Numbered from the stretch's first letter, positions 8,895 to 19,061 are shown. The stretch: 55,716 nucleotides of DNA from an uncultured virus (IMG/VR IMGVR_UViG_3300046786_000447) (IMGVR_UViG_3300046786_000447); one strand, 5' to 3'. Notes: generated by a model from the sequence alone, not told the origin. Made by a program: numbers and translations.

Positions 8895-9720
8895 CTGCAA
8901 AGCCTGCAATCTGGCTTTGATCTAGACCAATATCAAATCCTCTAGAATTGTAGATGTCCCACCCCTTTTGAAACAATGGGTGGTTAGCAAGTTCAATTTG
9001 GTATGCTTCTCTACCTTCGTAATTCATCAAAGGATCTAGAGGGTTGTCCTCTCCTGTCCAACGATAATTGGTAACTGGGCAATAGTCAAAGCTTACAATC
9101 TCAACAAATTCTCCTGGCTTCCACTTACGCTTATCTCTCCAGTGAACCTGATTAACTGCACTAAAGATAATTGCATCTCCAAGCTTTAGGTCATAAGGCT
9201 TATCCTCTACCCAAAGAGTCCAGTCATCTACGTTACCGCCAATCATATAGTTGAATGTAACAAGGTTTTCATCTGCATCAAGATGTGGTGGAAGCGATGG
9301 AGCCTTTACCCCATTGCCATAGATTGGATTATAGTCAATGTAGTTGTAGTGTGTAAGTCTGATTGGATCCTTATGCAAAGGCTTACAATATGAGTCCATG
9401 ATATTTTCAATTACTGGTGGACAGTCAAACTCAATTAGCAATCTTGACATGTGCGTAATCTTCTTTGGGTGATATCTAGTAGAACCGTAATACTCTTCCT
9501 GGCTACCAGGAGTTGGCGTATAGTTGGCATCGCCATCCATAAGCTTTCTGTTCTTTTCAATTACATCACGAAGGATCTGTACCTCTTCATCGCTGAAAGG
9601 CTTTTCAATGTACACTGGTAGCTCCTGTGTATATCTATCAAATCCAGTTAGATACTTATGCATCGGTGCTGGGCTGAAAGGCTTTCCAGTGTGTGGGTGT
9701 CTTTTTACTTCATTATCCAT
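8887..9720 (-). CDS. 2OG-Fe(II) oxygenase-like protein
   Basis: LPPHLD (HxD)...GDAIIFSAVNQVHWR; start reassigned to MDNEVK with AAGGAG upstream. Confidence 0.72.
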   Translation of the reverse strand: MDNEVKRHPHTGKPFSPAPMHKYLTGFDRYTQELPVYIEKPFSDEEVQILRDVIEKNRKLMDGDANYTPTPGSQEEYYGSTRYHPKKITHMSRLLIEFDCPPVIENIMDSYCKPLHKDPIRLTHYNYIDYNPIYGNGVKAPSLPPHLDADENLVTFNYMIGGNVDDWTLWVEDKPYDLKLGDAIIFSAVNQVHWRDKRKWKPGEFVEIVSFDYCPVTNYRWTGEDNPLDPLMNYEGREAYQIELANHPLFQKGWDIYNSRGFDIGLDQSQIAGFADE

Positions 9721-9764
9721 TTTTTTATTTTTCTCCTTGTATATATTATAGTACAAAAATCGTT

Positions 9765-10331
9765 TTATTGCTTGGAGTGCCATACCTTTAGTAGGTCTGC
9801 TTCTCTTTCCAGCATAGCTTTTCTATGATCATCTGAGATCTTCTCCGCCCCTACCTTTGAAAAATGACAAAAAATCATCTCAACAAAATCTGAGTCTTTA
9901 AAGGTTTTGTCTACTCTCCAGTGTATTTGGTGAGTTCCGCTAAAGATTAATCCTTGATTATCTTTTAAAACATACTCATTACCCTCTACAACAATAGGCC
10001 AGTCAATCGTAGACTTTACCTGTATGTCTAGGGTGAATCTCTGCTCTTGGAAAGGGTTATCAAAATGTGGATATAGCTGTGGCTTTACCCCCACAGAATT
10101 ATCGTATCTTGCAAAGGATAGCTCTCTCAACTCTAGCTTGTCTTCTGGAAACTGATCTGCCATAACTTTATTAATCTTATCTACAACCTGATCTGGCAGC
10201 CATGAGAAGTAGGCTATGTGTCCATAATTTGGATGCCTAAACTTTTTATCTTCTGGTGTATTCTCTAGGTGTTCATAAATTTTTTGTAGATCCGTATCTG
10301 AAAGACCTATTTCAATTATTCTGTTAATCAT
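9765..10331 (-). CDS. 2OG-Fe(II) oxygenase-like protein
   Basis: LYPHFD...WPIVVEG...LIFSGTHQIHWR...VEMIFCHF. Confidence 0.75.
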   Translation of the reverse strand: MINRIIEIGLSDTDLQKIYEHLENTPEDKKFRHPNYGHIAYFSWLPDQVVDKINKVMADQFPEDKLELRELSFARYDNSVGVKPQLYPHFDNPFQEQRFTLDIQVKSTIDWPIVVEGNEYVLKDNQGLIFSGTHQIHWRVDKTFKDSDFVEMIFCHFSKVGAEKISDDHRKAMLEREADLLKVWHSKQ

Positions 10332-10887
10332 TTATAGTGCCTGGCCTCAAGAAGTCTAGGAAGATCATTGACACAACCTCTCCATCCTTAAAGTCCTTGT
10401 GAGGTCTTCCATGATCTGTACTACCTGCATGTAGAGCAATTGCATCGCCATCTTCAAGTTTATAGTCAACTCCATCTGCGGATAGTTCCCAAGTTGTATT
10501 AGAATTAATCTGTAGATCTATAAGCAAGAATATGTCAAACCTATCTTGGTGAACCCCAAGAGTTGGCTTACCGTATTGTGAGGAATACTCTGTATATGTT
10601 GCAGACTGAAATGTTACTCCAGGCTCAATGTCTTCTGCAATGGCTGTAAGTTTATTCAAAATTGATTCTGGAAAGAAGTCTGGACTAAGATTGAAATATA
10701 TCTTGCCCATATTGGCATTTATGATTTTGCCAAATCTGACACCTTGCGGAACATTGATATCATTATTTGTCTCATCAAAAACTGGATCCTTTGGCATAGC
10801 TGACATAAGTTCCTGCAACTTAGTCCAAACCTGATCAACTTCATCTTTAGACAGTAGAGACTTTATATATGCTGGTAGTTTAGTCAT
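10324..10887 (-). CDS. 2OG-Fe(II) oxygenase-like protein
   Basis: LGVHQD...WEL...GDAIALHAGSTDHGR...VSMIFLDF. Confidence 0.72.
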   Translation of the reverse strand: MTKLPAYIKSLLSKDEVDQVWTKLQELMSAMPKDPVFDETNNDINVPQGVRFGKIINANMGKIYFNLSPDFFPESILNKLTAIAEDIEPGVTFQSATYTEYSSQYGKPTLGVHQDRFDIFLLIDLQINSNTTWELSADGVDYKLEDGDAIALHAGSTDHGRPHKDFKDGEVVSMIFLDFLRPGTIND

Positions 10888-11173
10888 TTTCGGATTCCTC
10901 CATGATTTGTTCTAGCATTGACAGCTCAATAACAGCAAGACGTGTTCTAGTGCCTTGGTCCCCCAGTACAATAAAAATAGCTGGATCGTTGCCGTTGCGA
11001 ACAGCGTCAGTGCTTGCTTTTGCCCAGACATCCTTATTGATTGTAAAAGATTTACTGACTTCTTTGAAGTCAACTGTAAAGTTCTTCCAGGTTGCATCGC
11101 CTTTGTGGGTATTTCTACCAGAGTTTTTGTGCTGTTTGGCACCAATACGCTTGCTTTCATTCTTCTCGCTCAT
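10880..11173 (-). CDS. PD-(D/E)XK Holliday junction resolvase-like nuclease
   Basis: SGRNTHKGDA...VDFKE; start reassigned to MSEKNE at 11173. Confidence 0.65.
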   Translation of the reverse strand: MSEKNESKRIGAKQHKNSGRNTHKGDATWKNFTVDFKEVSKSFTINKDVWAKASTDAVRNGNDPAIFIVLGDQGTRTRLAVIELSMLEQIMEESEND

Positions 11174-11336
11174 AGTCCTTTTTCGTTCGCTTCTTATATA
11201 ATACCACATTTGTAAGATGCTTCTTACTGCACATCCAACTTACTTCGTGATTGTCTGGATAAAGCCTTAAACTCTTAACGAGTTCTTTGCAGGTGTGACA
11301 AATAAATTCACCTGGATAAACAGAATATCTAGCCAT
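11157..11336 (-). CDS. Small zinc-ribbon protein (59 aa, not in ORF track)
   Basis: Manual translation MARYSVYPGEFICHTCKELVKSLRLYPDNHEVSWMCSKKHLTNVVLYKKRTKKDYEREE; CxxC...CxxxH; fills the gap after recA. Confidence 0.7.
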   Translation of the reverse strand: MARYSVYPGEFICHTCKELVKSLRLYPDNHEVSWMCSKKHLTNVVLYKKRTKKDYEREE

Positions 11337-12342
11337 TAAGCTTTGCCTTAATAGAATCCTGTAGGTCTAGGTCTTCCTTTACTCTGGCTACAAATGCATC
11401 TCTACCCTGGATCTTGGTGCCATCCTCTAGCTGATACCATGCACCAGTTCTAGAAATAATACCTAGAGACTCTGCTGTGTCAACAAGATCGCCAATACTG
11501 TCAACACCAACATCATCGCCTCTAAAATAGAAGTCATACTCGCCACCCTGGAAAGCAGGAGAAGTCTTAGAGAACTGTAGGTCCCAGCGAACTTTTCTAC
11601 CAATCTTTTCTTCAATGAGTTTATCTCCAACATTAATTTTTCCCTTCAATGCTTGATTGTCTGACTCTGACGAGAACAGCTTAATTACAGTTGATGAATA
11701 AAACTTTACTGACTGACCACCAGTTGGTTGCTGGCTAGTATACATAGCACTAATATTATTGCGAGACTGGCTAATAAGAATAAGCAACGTTGGCTTTACC
11801 TTATTATTAGCATAGTTAAGCATCTTAACTGCATTACTAAAGTCTCTTGCTTCTGCACCAATCTGTTTAGTATTCTCAAGCTGCTTTAGTTCATCAGAAT
11901 CTTTTTCAAAATAGATTGCTGGTAGTAGAGATGTGATTGAGTCAACTACAATCAAGTCTACTCCTGCTTGCATTAGGTTTGTTCCAATGTCAACCATCTC
12001 ATTGATAGTACGTGCCTGAGACACAATAAGCTTTGAGGTATCTACCCCAAGTCGTTCAGCCCAAGTTCTGTCATAGGACATCTCAGCATCAATCCAAGCA
12101 CAGACCTTGCCTTCCTTCTGTGCCAATGCAATTGTCTGCAGGCATACTGATGACTTGGCAGACGACTTTGATCCCCAGATCAATACCTGACGACCATATG
12201 GCAGTCCACCATTAAGTGCACGATTTAGACCAAAACTTGGTGTTGCAGCATACTCAGTATCTGGCACTGCATCTCCAATCATAAGGCCTTTGCGTAGCTT
12301 AGGATTAAGTTGTGCTAATACATCTTCTACAGTTACAGTCAT
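11329..12342 (-). CDS. recA: RecA/UvsX-like recombinase
   Basis: LNGGLPYGR, WGSKSSAKS, WIDAE, LIVVDSI, TGGQSVKFYSS, GAWY. Confidence 0.92.
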   Translation of the reverse strand: MTVTVEDVLAQLNPKLRKGLMIGDAVPDTEYAATPSFGLNRALNGGLPYGRQVLIWGSKSSAKSSVCLQTIALAQKEGKVCAWIDAEMSYDRTWAERLGVDTSKLIVSQARTINEMVDIGTNLMQAGVDLIVVDSITSLLPAIYFEKDSDELKQLENTKQIGAEARDFSNAVKMLNYANNKVKPTLLILISQSRNNISAMYTSQQPTGGQSVKFYSSTVIKLFSSESDNQALKGKINVGDKLIEEKIGRKVRWDLQFSKTSPAFQGGEYDFYFRGDDVGVDSIGDLVDTAESLGIISRTGAWYQLEDGTKIQGRDAFVARVKEDLDLQDSIKAKLNG

Positions 12343-12572
12343 TATAGTGAAGCCTCAGCCAATCCATTAAGCTTGTCAATCTTGAATCCAGACCAAACAT
12401 CTGTATCAGTCTCAACAATGGGTGCTGCCTTGAATCCCATCTCAACAAAACGCTTTAGCTCTTCTGGGTGTTCGGCAAATGGCTTAACATTATATTCAAG
12501 CCCTACCTTATCAAGGAACTTCTTGGTCTGCTCACACTGTGTGCAATTTTCGTTTGTATATACATTAATCAT
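12342..12572 (-). CDS. nrdH: NrdH-like glutaredoxin
   Basis: VYTNENCTQC...GFKAAPIV...WSGF. Confidence 0.9.
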   Translation of the reverse strand: MINVYTNENCTQCEQTKKFLDKVGLEYNVKPFAEHPEELKRFVEMGFKAAPIVETDTDVWSGFKIDKLNGLAEASL

Positions 12573-12892
12573 TAGAATCTAACTCCGTGCCTTTCTGGTC
12601 TAGTCTTATTAAAGTTTGTTTTCTTTTCCATAGCATAATCTAGGGAAGTTCTAGTATACCCGTTTTCTACAAGACCTGCATAAAGGTCTAGTGTTCTAAT
12701 AAGGATATCTGCCATCTCATCAGCGATCTGATCTTCTCCCTTATCCTTACGGATAGCTTCCATTACTTCTACAGCTTCTGACACAATCATCATTAGTTGC
12801 TTTGTAACAAAAATGTCATCTACATCTTCAGGCCAAAAGCCCTTTTCTACGGCAGTCTTGTGTAGCTCTTCTGCCCAATCATCAAATTGCAT
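12572..12892 (-). CDS. MazG-like nucleotide pyrophosphohydrolase
   Basis: SEAVEVMEA...DEMADILIRTLDL...NKTRPERHG. Confidence 0.82.
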   Translation of the reverse strand: MQFDDWAEELHKTAVEKGFWPEDVDDIFVTKQLMMIVSEAVEVMEAIRKDKGEDQIADEMADILIRTLDLYAGLVENGYTRTSLDYAMEKKTNFNKTRPERHGVRF

Positions 12893-15800
12893 GTACGTCC
12901 TCCATAATCACTGTACCGTCTTTAGTTTTGCCCAAGTCAAACTTGTATACAGAACCTTCTTGAATCTTCATGTATGCCTTAGCAAATGCTGTGGGGAATA
13001 CTGTTACAGGATGTAACTCTCTTCCTGCATCTGCCAAAGTCAGTGTTGCCATCTTCTTTCCAGCTTTTGTAATGCGTGGTTTAAAAGACACAACAAATAG
13101 TTCTTCATCTTTATATGGCAATTGCTTGTAGTTGAGATACTTTACAAGTGCCGAATCAACCTTACCAATCTCATCAATCTGGATGGCCTCAGTAATGCGA
13201 TTATCGCTAGCCAAAATAAGATATGTCTTTCCAGTTTCGATTGTAGACTGTTCATCATCAAATATACCTACGCTTCCTGTCTTGTCTAGAATTTCTACAC
13301 GACTCCAGCCCTTACCTCTCTTTAGCCCCTTGGCCATACCCATTAGAATGAAAGAGCCCTTTTCTTCGAACTCTTCCACATCATTAATAAATGCGTGGTA
13401 ATGCTGTGGAACCGTAATATTAAACTCTGGAAGGTTTAGATACTCGTATAGGTTTGCTTTAATCTCTTCGTCATTCCTAGGATTATCTGAGAATGTAGCT
13501 GCACCAATCGTTCGTAATGACTGAAGAGCACGAGAGTTAACTCCGTTTCCCTTAGTAAAAGTAAACTCCTCAAGTTCAGCATACGAATTGAAAGGTCTTG
13601 CTGAAATGTACTTTTCAGCGATCTTGTCAGAAATATACTTAATACCTGATAGCCCAAAGCGAATACCTTTGCCCTCAATTTTAAAGTCAATATCTGAATC
13701 GTTAACGTGAGGTAACTTAATGCTAATCCCCATTCTTTTTGCCTCAATAAGATATTCAGTTCTAGCATCTTTATCCTTTTCGTTTTTAAGTAGTGAGTAC
13801 ATAAACTCAAGTGGATAGTGATACTTAAGCCATGCAGTCCAGTATGATAACGTTGAATATGCTACTGCGTGTGACTTATTGAATGAGTATCCTGCGTGAG
13901 CCTCAAAGTCTGTCCATAGTTCTTCAGCAACGTTTGGTGATAGGAATCGTGATGCACCCTTAACGAACTGATCCTTAAACTGATCAAACTCTTTAGCATC
14001 CTTCTTCTTACCAATAATCTTACGCACCTTGTCTGCCTCAGCCATAGTCATACCGCCAAGTTCTGTACAGGCCTGCATAACCTGTTCCTGATACAAGATA
14101 CATCCATATGTTTCTGCAGTAAATGATTTCATTACTTGGTGCTTGTAGTCGATGTTCTGGCGACCCTGCTTACGTGCAATGTAGTCCTTACCAATAGTAT
14201 TGGCAGCACCTGGACGAACCAGAGCATTAGATGCAGACAGCTCTGCAAGATTCTTTACACCCATCTTAACTAGCAAGTTGGTATATGGCGTAGCTTCACA
14301 CTGGAACACACCCTTGGTGTATCCATCAGAAAGCATACGATAAACATTTGCATCATTCATATCAATAGACAGCAAATCAATCTTATTATCATGACGTTCT
14401 TCAATAATATCCAATGTATCACGCAGTACTGAAAGTGTCTTTAGACCAAGTGCGTCAATCTTAATTAGACCAATACGCTCTGCTTCTTCCATGTCTACCG
14501 CAACAACAGGGATACGCTCTTTGTTTCCTGGAGATGTGCGAGTCTCTAGTGGAGCAAACTTAAAGATTGGCTGCTTAGATGTAACAACACCAGCAGCGTG
14601 AATACCAGTACCACGAATGCGACCACGAAGAAGTTCTCCATATGTTTCAATCTCTGGATACTTTTCACGGAACCAAGCTGACTGCTTTGATGAACAATAA
14701 TCGTCCCAGTCATCTACTACCTTAAGCACCTTATTTACATCTGGGAGAGGTACGTTCAATGTACGTGCAATATCACGAACCATACCCTTTCCACGGAACT
14801 GCAAGAATGTTGCAATAGATGCTACGTGCTTATACTGACGAACCAGATAATCCTTTACCTCTTCACGGCGTGAGTCCTGAATATCTGTATCGATATCTGG
14901 GAAGTCATTTCGTTCTGGGTTAATAAAACGGAAGAACAATAGCCCATGCTCAATAGGATCAATATCTGTAATACCCAAAGAGTAGCAAAGAAGAGATCCT
15001 GCAGCAGAACCACGACCAGGCCCTACCATGATGCCTTCCTTCTTAGCCCATGCAATCATGGAGCGTACAACAAGAAAGTATGGGCCAAAGTTCTTTGCTT
15101 CGATTACTTCAAGCTCTTCTTCTAGTCTTGCAAGATATTCTTCAGTTTCAATACCTCGCTCCTTAAGACCTGCAATTGCAAGTTCACGAAGTTCTTTATT
15201 AGGATTCTGATACTGTACAGGTAGCAAGTCTTGGTGATCTTTAATCTTATAGTCTTCTACCTTGTCAACAATCTCACGAGTTGCTTCATACATATCTTCA
15301 CGATCAATGCCCTGTGCCTTCATGGCATTGTGCATCTCTTCATCTGATAGCAGGTGAATCTCAAACTTATTAAATGACATCTGACGTTCAGCACCGTACA
15401 GGTAGTCAAGACGGTCCATTAGGTTGTCATACTTCTTAGAACCATCATAGGTTGCACCCTTCTCAACCTTATTAGAGTAAGAGTTAAGAATCAGCTTTAG
15501 TTCTTGAATCTCTTTCTGTGATGGGTCAGAGTGGTGGCAGTCTGGAGTTACAACTGGCTTTACGCCAAACTCATCTGCTAGGTCTAGTAGAGCCTTGTTA
15601 ATCTCTGGTGGGTTATGTGGCATTACTTCAATGTAGTAGTCGTCTCCAAAGATTGACTTACACTTTTGGATATGCTCTTTTGCATATGCAAACTCATTTG
15701 CTTCAATAGCCTTTGCTAGAACTCCAGAAAGACATCCAGATGTAATGATTAGTCCATCCTTATATTCTTCAAGTACATCCCAGTCAATACGTGGCTTCTT

Positions 15801-16157
15801 ATAGAATCCTTCAGTCCAAGCAATCTCATTTAGCTTATTAAGGTTCTGCAACCCCTTAGAGTTCTTGGCAATAATAATTAGGTGATTATAGTTAAGGTCA
15901 AGTGGGTCATTTTTGGCCTTCTTGTCTTCATGATGAAAACGATCCTTAGTGATGTACCCTTCGATACCTAGGATTGGCTTGATACCTGCCTCTTTGGCAG
16001 CACGATACATTTCACGGTGACCAGATAGAGATCCATGGTCTGTGATTGCAATTGCTGGCATTCCCAGCGATACGGCACGATCCACATATTCCTGTGGTGT
16101 GGCAATTCCGTCAAATAGCGAGTAGTGTGTGTGGACGTGTAGACCAGCGTAACTCAT
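12882..16157 (-). CDS. dnaE: DNA polymerase III alpha subunit
   Basis: PHP domain LHVHTHYSLFDG/ITDHG; GPGRGSAAGSL, PDIDTD, HAAG, KIDALGL, YSFNKSHA; no intein visible. Confidence 0.96.
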   Translation of the reverse strand: MSYAGLHVHTHYSLFDGIATPQEYVDRAVSLGMPAIAITDHGSLSGHREMYRAAKEAGIKPILGIEGYITKDRFHHEDKKAKNDPLDLNYNHLIIIAKNSKGLQNLNKLNEIAWTEGFYKKPRIDWDVLEEYKDGLIITSGCLSGVLAKAIEANEFAYAKEHIQKCKSIFGDDYYIEVMPHNPPEINKALLDLADEFGVKPVVTPDCHHSDPSQKEIQELKLILNSYSNKVEKGATYDGSKKYDNLMDRLDYLYGAERQMSFNKFEIHLLSDEEMHNAMKAQGIDREDMYEATREIVDKVEDYKIKDHQDLLPVQYQNPNKELRELAIAGLKERGIETEEYLARLEEELEVIEAKNFGPYFLVVRSMIAWAKKEGIMVGPGRGSAAGSLLCYSLGITDIDPIEHGLLFFRFINPERNDFPDIDTDIQDSRREEVKDYLVRQYKHVASIATFLQFRGKGMVRDIARTLNVPLPDVNKVLKVVDDWDDYCSSKQSAWFREKYPEIETYGELLRGRIRGTGIHAAGVVTSKQPIFKFAPLETRTSPGNKERIPVVAVDMEEAERIGLIKIDALGLKTLSVLRDTLDIIEERHDNKIDLLSIDMNDANVYRMLSDGYTKGVFQCEATPYTNLLVKMGVKNLAELSASNALVRPGAANTIGKDYIARKQGRQNIDYKHQVMKSFTAETYGCILYQEQVMQACTELGGMTMAEADKVRKIIGKKKDAKEFDQFKDQFVKGASRFLSPNVAEELWTDFEAHAGYSFNKSHAVAYSTLSYWTAWLKYHYPLEFMYSLLKNEKDKDARTEYLIEAKRMGISIKLPHVNDSDIDFKIEGKGIRFGLSGIKYISDKIAEKYISARPFNSYAELEEFTFTKGNGVNSRALQSLRTIGAATFSDNPRNDEEIKANLYEYLNLPEFNITVPQHYHAFINDVEEFEEKGSFILMGMAKGLKRGKGWSRVEILDKTGSVGIFDDEQSTIETGKTYLILASDNRITEAIQIDEIGKVDSALVKYLNYKQLPYKDEELFVVSFKPRITKAGKKMATLTLADAGRELHPVTVFPTAFAKAYMKIQEGSVYKFDLGKTKDGTVIMEDVHAI

Positions 16158-16207
16158 TGATTTCCTTTACTGTTATATAAAAATTATGTTAAAAAGATAA
16201 GATGAAA

Positions 16208-16231
16208 TGGGGGCAACCGAAGTTACCCCCA
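16208..16231 (-). terminator. Stem-loop/terminator after SSB
   Basis: Minus strand GGGGGTAAC-TTCG-GTTGCCCCC (cUUCGg tetraloop) followed by ATTT. Confidence 0.7.
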
Positions 16232-16242
16232 AATCAAACTAA

Positions 16243-16896
16243 TTACCAATCAATATTGGTTGATGTGACAGACGGAGTGTCGAAGCCAAAGTAGAAGGCT
16301 TCCTGCTCTGGATAAGGAACTTCACGAACTACCTTCTCAAGGTTGTGGAATTCGAAGTCTCCCCAAGCAAATGGCTCTGAGTCTGGACCAGTAGGAATAA
16401 GAGTGTAGTTGGTTTCAGTTCCCTGACCATTACGCTTTAGCTTCCATACTAGGTTTGAAATGCTACCAGTCTCAAGTGCGTACTCACGAATTGTGTTGAA
16501 TGCAGACTGCTTTGTTACACCCTGTGACCAGACAGCAATGTATGGTGCCTCAAGGCCATCGTCAACTAGTACGTTGCAGTAGAAGCGAAGCTTTGAACGC
16601 CATCCTGCCTTTGGCTCCTTACGAGCCATTTCACATGCAAAGCAACGACCTTCAGTTTCCATGGTACAAGCAGCCATACGCTTGTAATCCTTTGGATTAG
16701 TGTGCTGTGCAATAACAACAGACAAGCCACGCTCATCTGCATAGTGTGCTGAATCCTGATCTAGTTCCTCAACGAAACGAATCTTTGCAGCCTGACCGTC
16801 AGCTAGCTTTACCCAACGGACCTTGGTTCCTGTGCTTTCATACTTTGGCTTATCAAGAATTGCATTGATATCTTTTAGCCCTTTGATTACTCCCAT
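16243..16896 (-). CDS. Single-stranded DNA-binding protein (gp32-like, Zn-binding)
   Basis: H...C...CFAC, WKLKRNGQGTETNYTLIP, acidic/aromatic end NIDW; sits in the replication module. Confidence 0.72.
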   Translation of the reverse strand: MGVIKGLKDINAILDKPKYESTGTKVRWVKLADGQAAKIRFVEELDQDSAHYADERGLSVVIAQHTNPKDYKRMAACTMETEGRCFACEMARKEPKAGWRSKLRFYCNVLVDDGLEAPYIAVWSQGVTKQSAFNTIREYALETGSISNLVWKLKRNGQGTETNYTLIPTGPDSEPFAWGDFEFHNLEKVVREVPYPEQEAFYFGFDTPSVTSTNIDW

Positions 16897-16923
16897 TTTT
16901 TCTCCTTGTTTGTGTTTGTTATC

Positions 16924-17841
16924 TTATTGTAGCATGGCCATTATTGATTTGTCAAATGACATATCTAGCCTTTTTATATCTTCGTCCTGCATGTCTCCAA
17001 TGTCTTTGTAGCTAGAGTCTAACTTAACAGTTGTAACCATTGGACCAAGACTCTTAATAATCTTGTCTCTCATGTTACTTCCTGCCTCGTCATTATCTGC
17101 TATAACAAAAACAGAGTTAAAGTACTTACGAAGAAGCTCTATTTGTTTTGTAGAGACCATAGCCCCTAGTGTTGCAACTGCTGGAATTCCAACCTGGTCT
17201 AATCTGATAGCGTCAAATGATGACTCTACAACATAAACTCTACTTGATGTCTTTACTCTATGAAGGTTGAAAAGAACTTTGGACTTTGGTAGTCCTGGAG
17301 TATTCTTAAAATCTTTTCCTTCGATAGATCTTCCAACAAATCCAACTTCCATACCGTCTGGTGCTGAAACTGGAATAGTTACCATATCTTGTTTTTCTGA
17401 AAATCCTAGCTGAAACTTCTTGACAGATGCCTCTGTAATCAATCTTCCAGAATAATATCTCATTGCTCTTGGAGACTCCAGAGCTTGTTGATTAAGTCTT
17501 TTTATTATCAACTGATCATACTGAACATAATCTGGGATAGTCACAAGCTTTTTCTCAATGTCCCCAAGGATAGAAGATACACCCTCCTTTGACTTGATAT
17601 ATCTTGCTGCCTCAAAGTAGCTACGTCCTGTAGTGTGCATAACAACTTCTATCAAATCAGCAACGTGATGGCATGAAAAACAAAAGAACTTTCCAGTACT
17701 CTTGTCTATTTCTCCAGCAGGCGTTCTATTGTTGGCATGAAAAGGACAGAAGATAATGTAGTCAGAATCAACTTCTTTTTCGATTGTGATGCCAGCACCA
17801 ATTAGAATTTTTTTGATTTGATCAGAAGTATATACAGACAT
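16924..17841 (-). CDS. dnaG: DNA primase (CHC2 zinc finger + TOPRIM)
   Basis: CPFH...CFSC; VVESSFDA, ADNDEAG, KDIGD. Confidence 0.9.
   Translation of the reverse strand: MSVYTSDQIKKILIGAGITIEKEVDSDYIIFCPFHANNRTPAGEIDKSTGKFFCFSCHHVADLIEVVMHTTGRSYFEAARYIKSKEGVSSILGDIEKKLVTIPDYVQYDQLIIKRLNQQALESPRAMRYYSGRLITEASVKKFQLGFSEKQDMVTIPVSAPDGMEVGFVGRSIEGKDFKNTPGLPKSKVLFNLHRVKTSSRVYVVESSFDAIRLDQVGIPAVATLGAMVSTKQIELLRKYFNSVFVIADNDEAGSNMRDKIIKSLGPMVTTVKLDSSYKDIGDMQDEDIKRLDMSFDKSIMAMLQ
16926..16955 (-). promoter_or_regulatory. Near-consensus SigA promoter for SSB, inside the primase 3' end
   Basis: Minus strand TTGACA-N18-TACAAT with TGn extension. Confidence 0.72.
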
Positions 17842-19061
17842 TACTTATCCTCAAAATCCTTGTACTTATAGTATCCCTTATCGAAGTCTGCCTGAACTAG
17901 GAACTCTCCCATAAAACCATTACGGTTCTTTCTGAATACGCACTCAATAATATCAGAGTTTGTTCCACGACCAAGGGCAAGTACCCAGTCAGCATCGTAA
18001 GCAATCTGACGAGACCAAGCAGTTTGTCCAAGTGTAGGAACAGTATCTAGCTTAGTTACATCATCAGGTGTAGCAGATGAGATGGCAATAATAGGTACTT
18101 CTTCACTAATAGCCATAAGCTTTAGTTCACGAGAAAGGTTCTTCATACGTACCGTCTCGTTATCTGATTTTTGGTTTGGAGACATAAGCTGCAAGTAGTC
18201 AACTACCACGAAGTCTGGTTTGTATTGATCAATCTTTCCACGCAAAACAGATGGTGTTACTTCTCCACCTGAATCGTTTGAAATAATGTGAAACTCTGGC
18301 TTGCCCTGCAAAGCTTTCTGGTGCCACATCTTGAGGTCTTCAATCTCAATCTGACCCGATGAAAGTTTTCTGTGTGACCAAAGGCCATCTCCCATAATTG
18401 CAAATACACGGTTACGAACTTCTGTTTCAGACATTTCAAGAGATACGATCATTGGAGACTTGCCAGACTTCCATGCCTGTACTGCAAAGTATAGTGATAG
18501 CCATGACTTACCAATACCTGGGTATGCAAGCATTACACCAAGCTGTCCTGGCATAATTCCAGCAGGAAGGTAGTTGTCAAATCCTGGCAATCCAGTCTTA
18601 ATTCCAGACAATCCAAGTTCTGCCTGCTTCTTTACATTTTCATAATAAGCAACTGCTGATTCAAGATCTGTTGCATCGATATCACGAATGGCTGCTGTGT
18701 TCTTACGTAACTCTGAAGTCTTAGAAATTAGTGCCTCTAGTGCCTCCAGACCTTTGTCAGCCTGAACATCTGCAGCTGCATTGCGAATAATATCCTTTAG
18801 GCTATCATTCATATACTCTGCTTGGAGTTCTTCTAGGTGATGCTTGGTTGCCCCAACATTTTCCTCTGGAGAGAAATCACGAAACTTTTCAACTACTAGT
18901 CCAGCTGGAGGAGTGGAGCCATTATTCTCAAAGTATAGACGAATAAAGTTCCAAATATCCTTGTGTGTCTTTAGGATATTTTCTACATTTGCCTGCAGAA
19001 GAACATGCATCTGCTTATCTTTTAGTACGGCAGAGATTAGTCTTGATTCTGTATTATTCAC
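17841..19061 (-). CDS. dnaB: DnaB-like replicative helicase
   Basis: AYPGIGKS, SLEMS, VVVDYLQLM, DAD, KNRNG. Confidence 0.93.
   Translation of the reverse strand: MNNTESRLISAVLKDKQMHVLLQANVENILKTHKDIWNFIRLYFENNGSTPPAGLVVEKFRDFSPEENVGATKHHLEELQAEYMNDSLKDIIRNAAADVQADKGLEALEALISKTSELRKNTAAIRDIDATDLESAVAYYENVKKQAELGLSGIKTGLPGFDNYLPAGIMPGQLGVMLAYPGIGKSWLSLYFAVQAWKSGKSPMIVSLEMSETEVRNRVFAIMGDGLWSHRKLSSGQIEIEDLKMWHQKALQGKPEFHIISNDSGGEVTPSVLRGKIDQYKPDFVVVDYLQLMSPNQKSDNETVRMKNLSRELKLMAISEEVPIIAISSATPDDVTKLDTVPTLGQTAWSRQIAYDADWVLALGRGTNSDIIECVFRKNRNGFMGEFLVQADFDKGYYKYKDFEDK

Noticed and set aside
12882..16157. Inteins or introns in dnaE, terL, dnaB, recA or nrdJ
   Set aside because: Lengths and motif spacing are normal; no splice-junction or homing-endonuclease motifs seen
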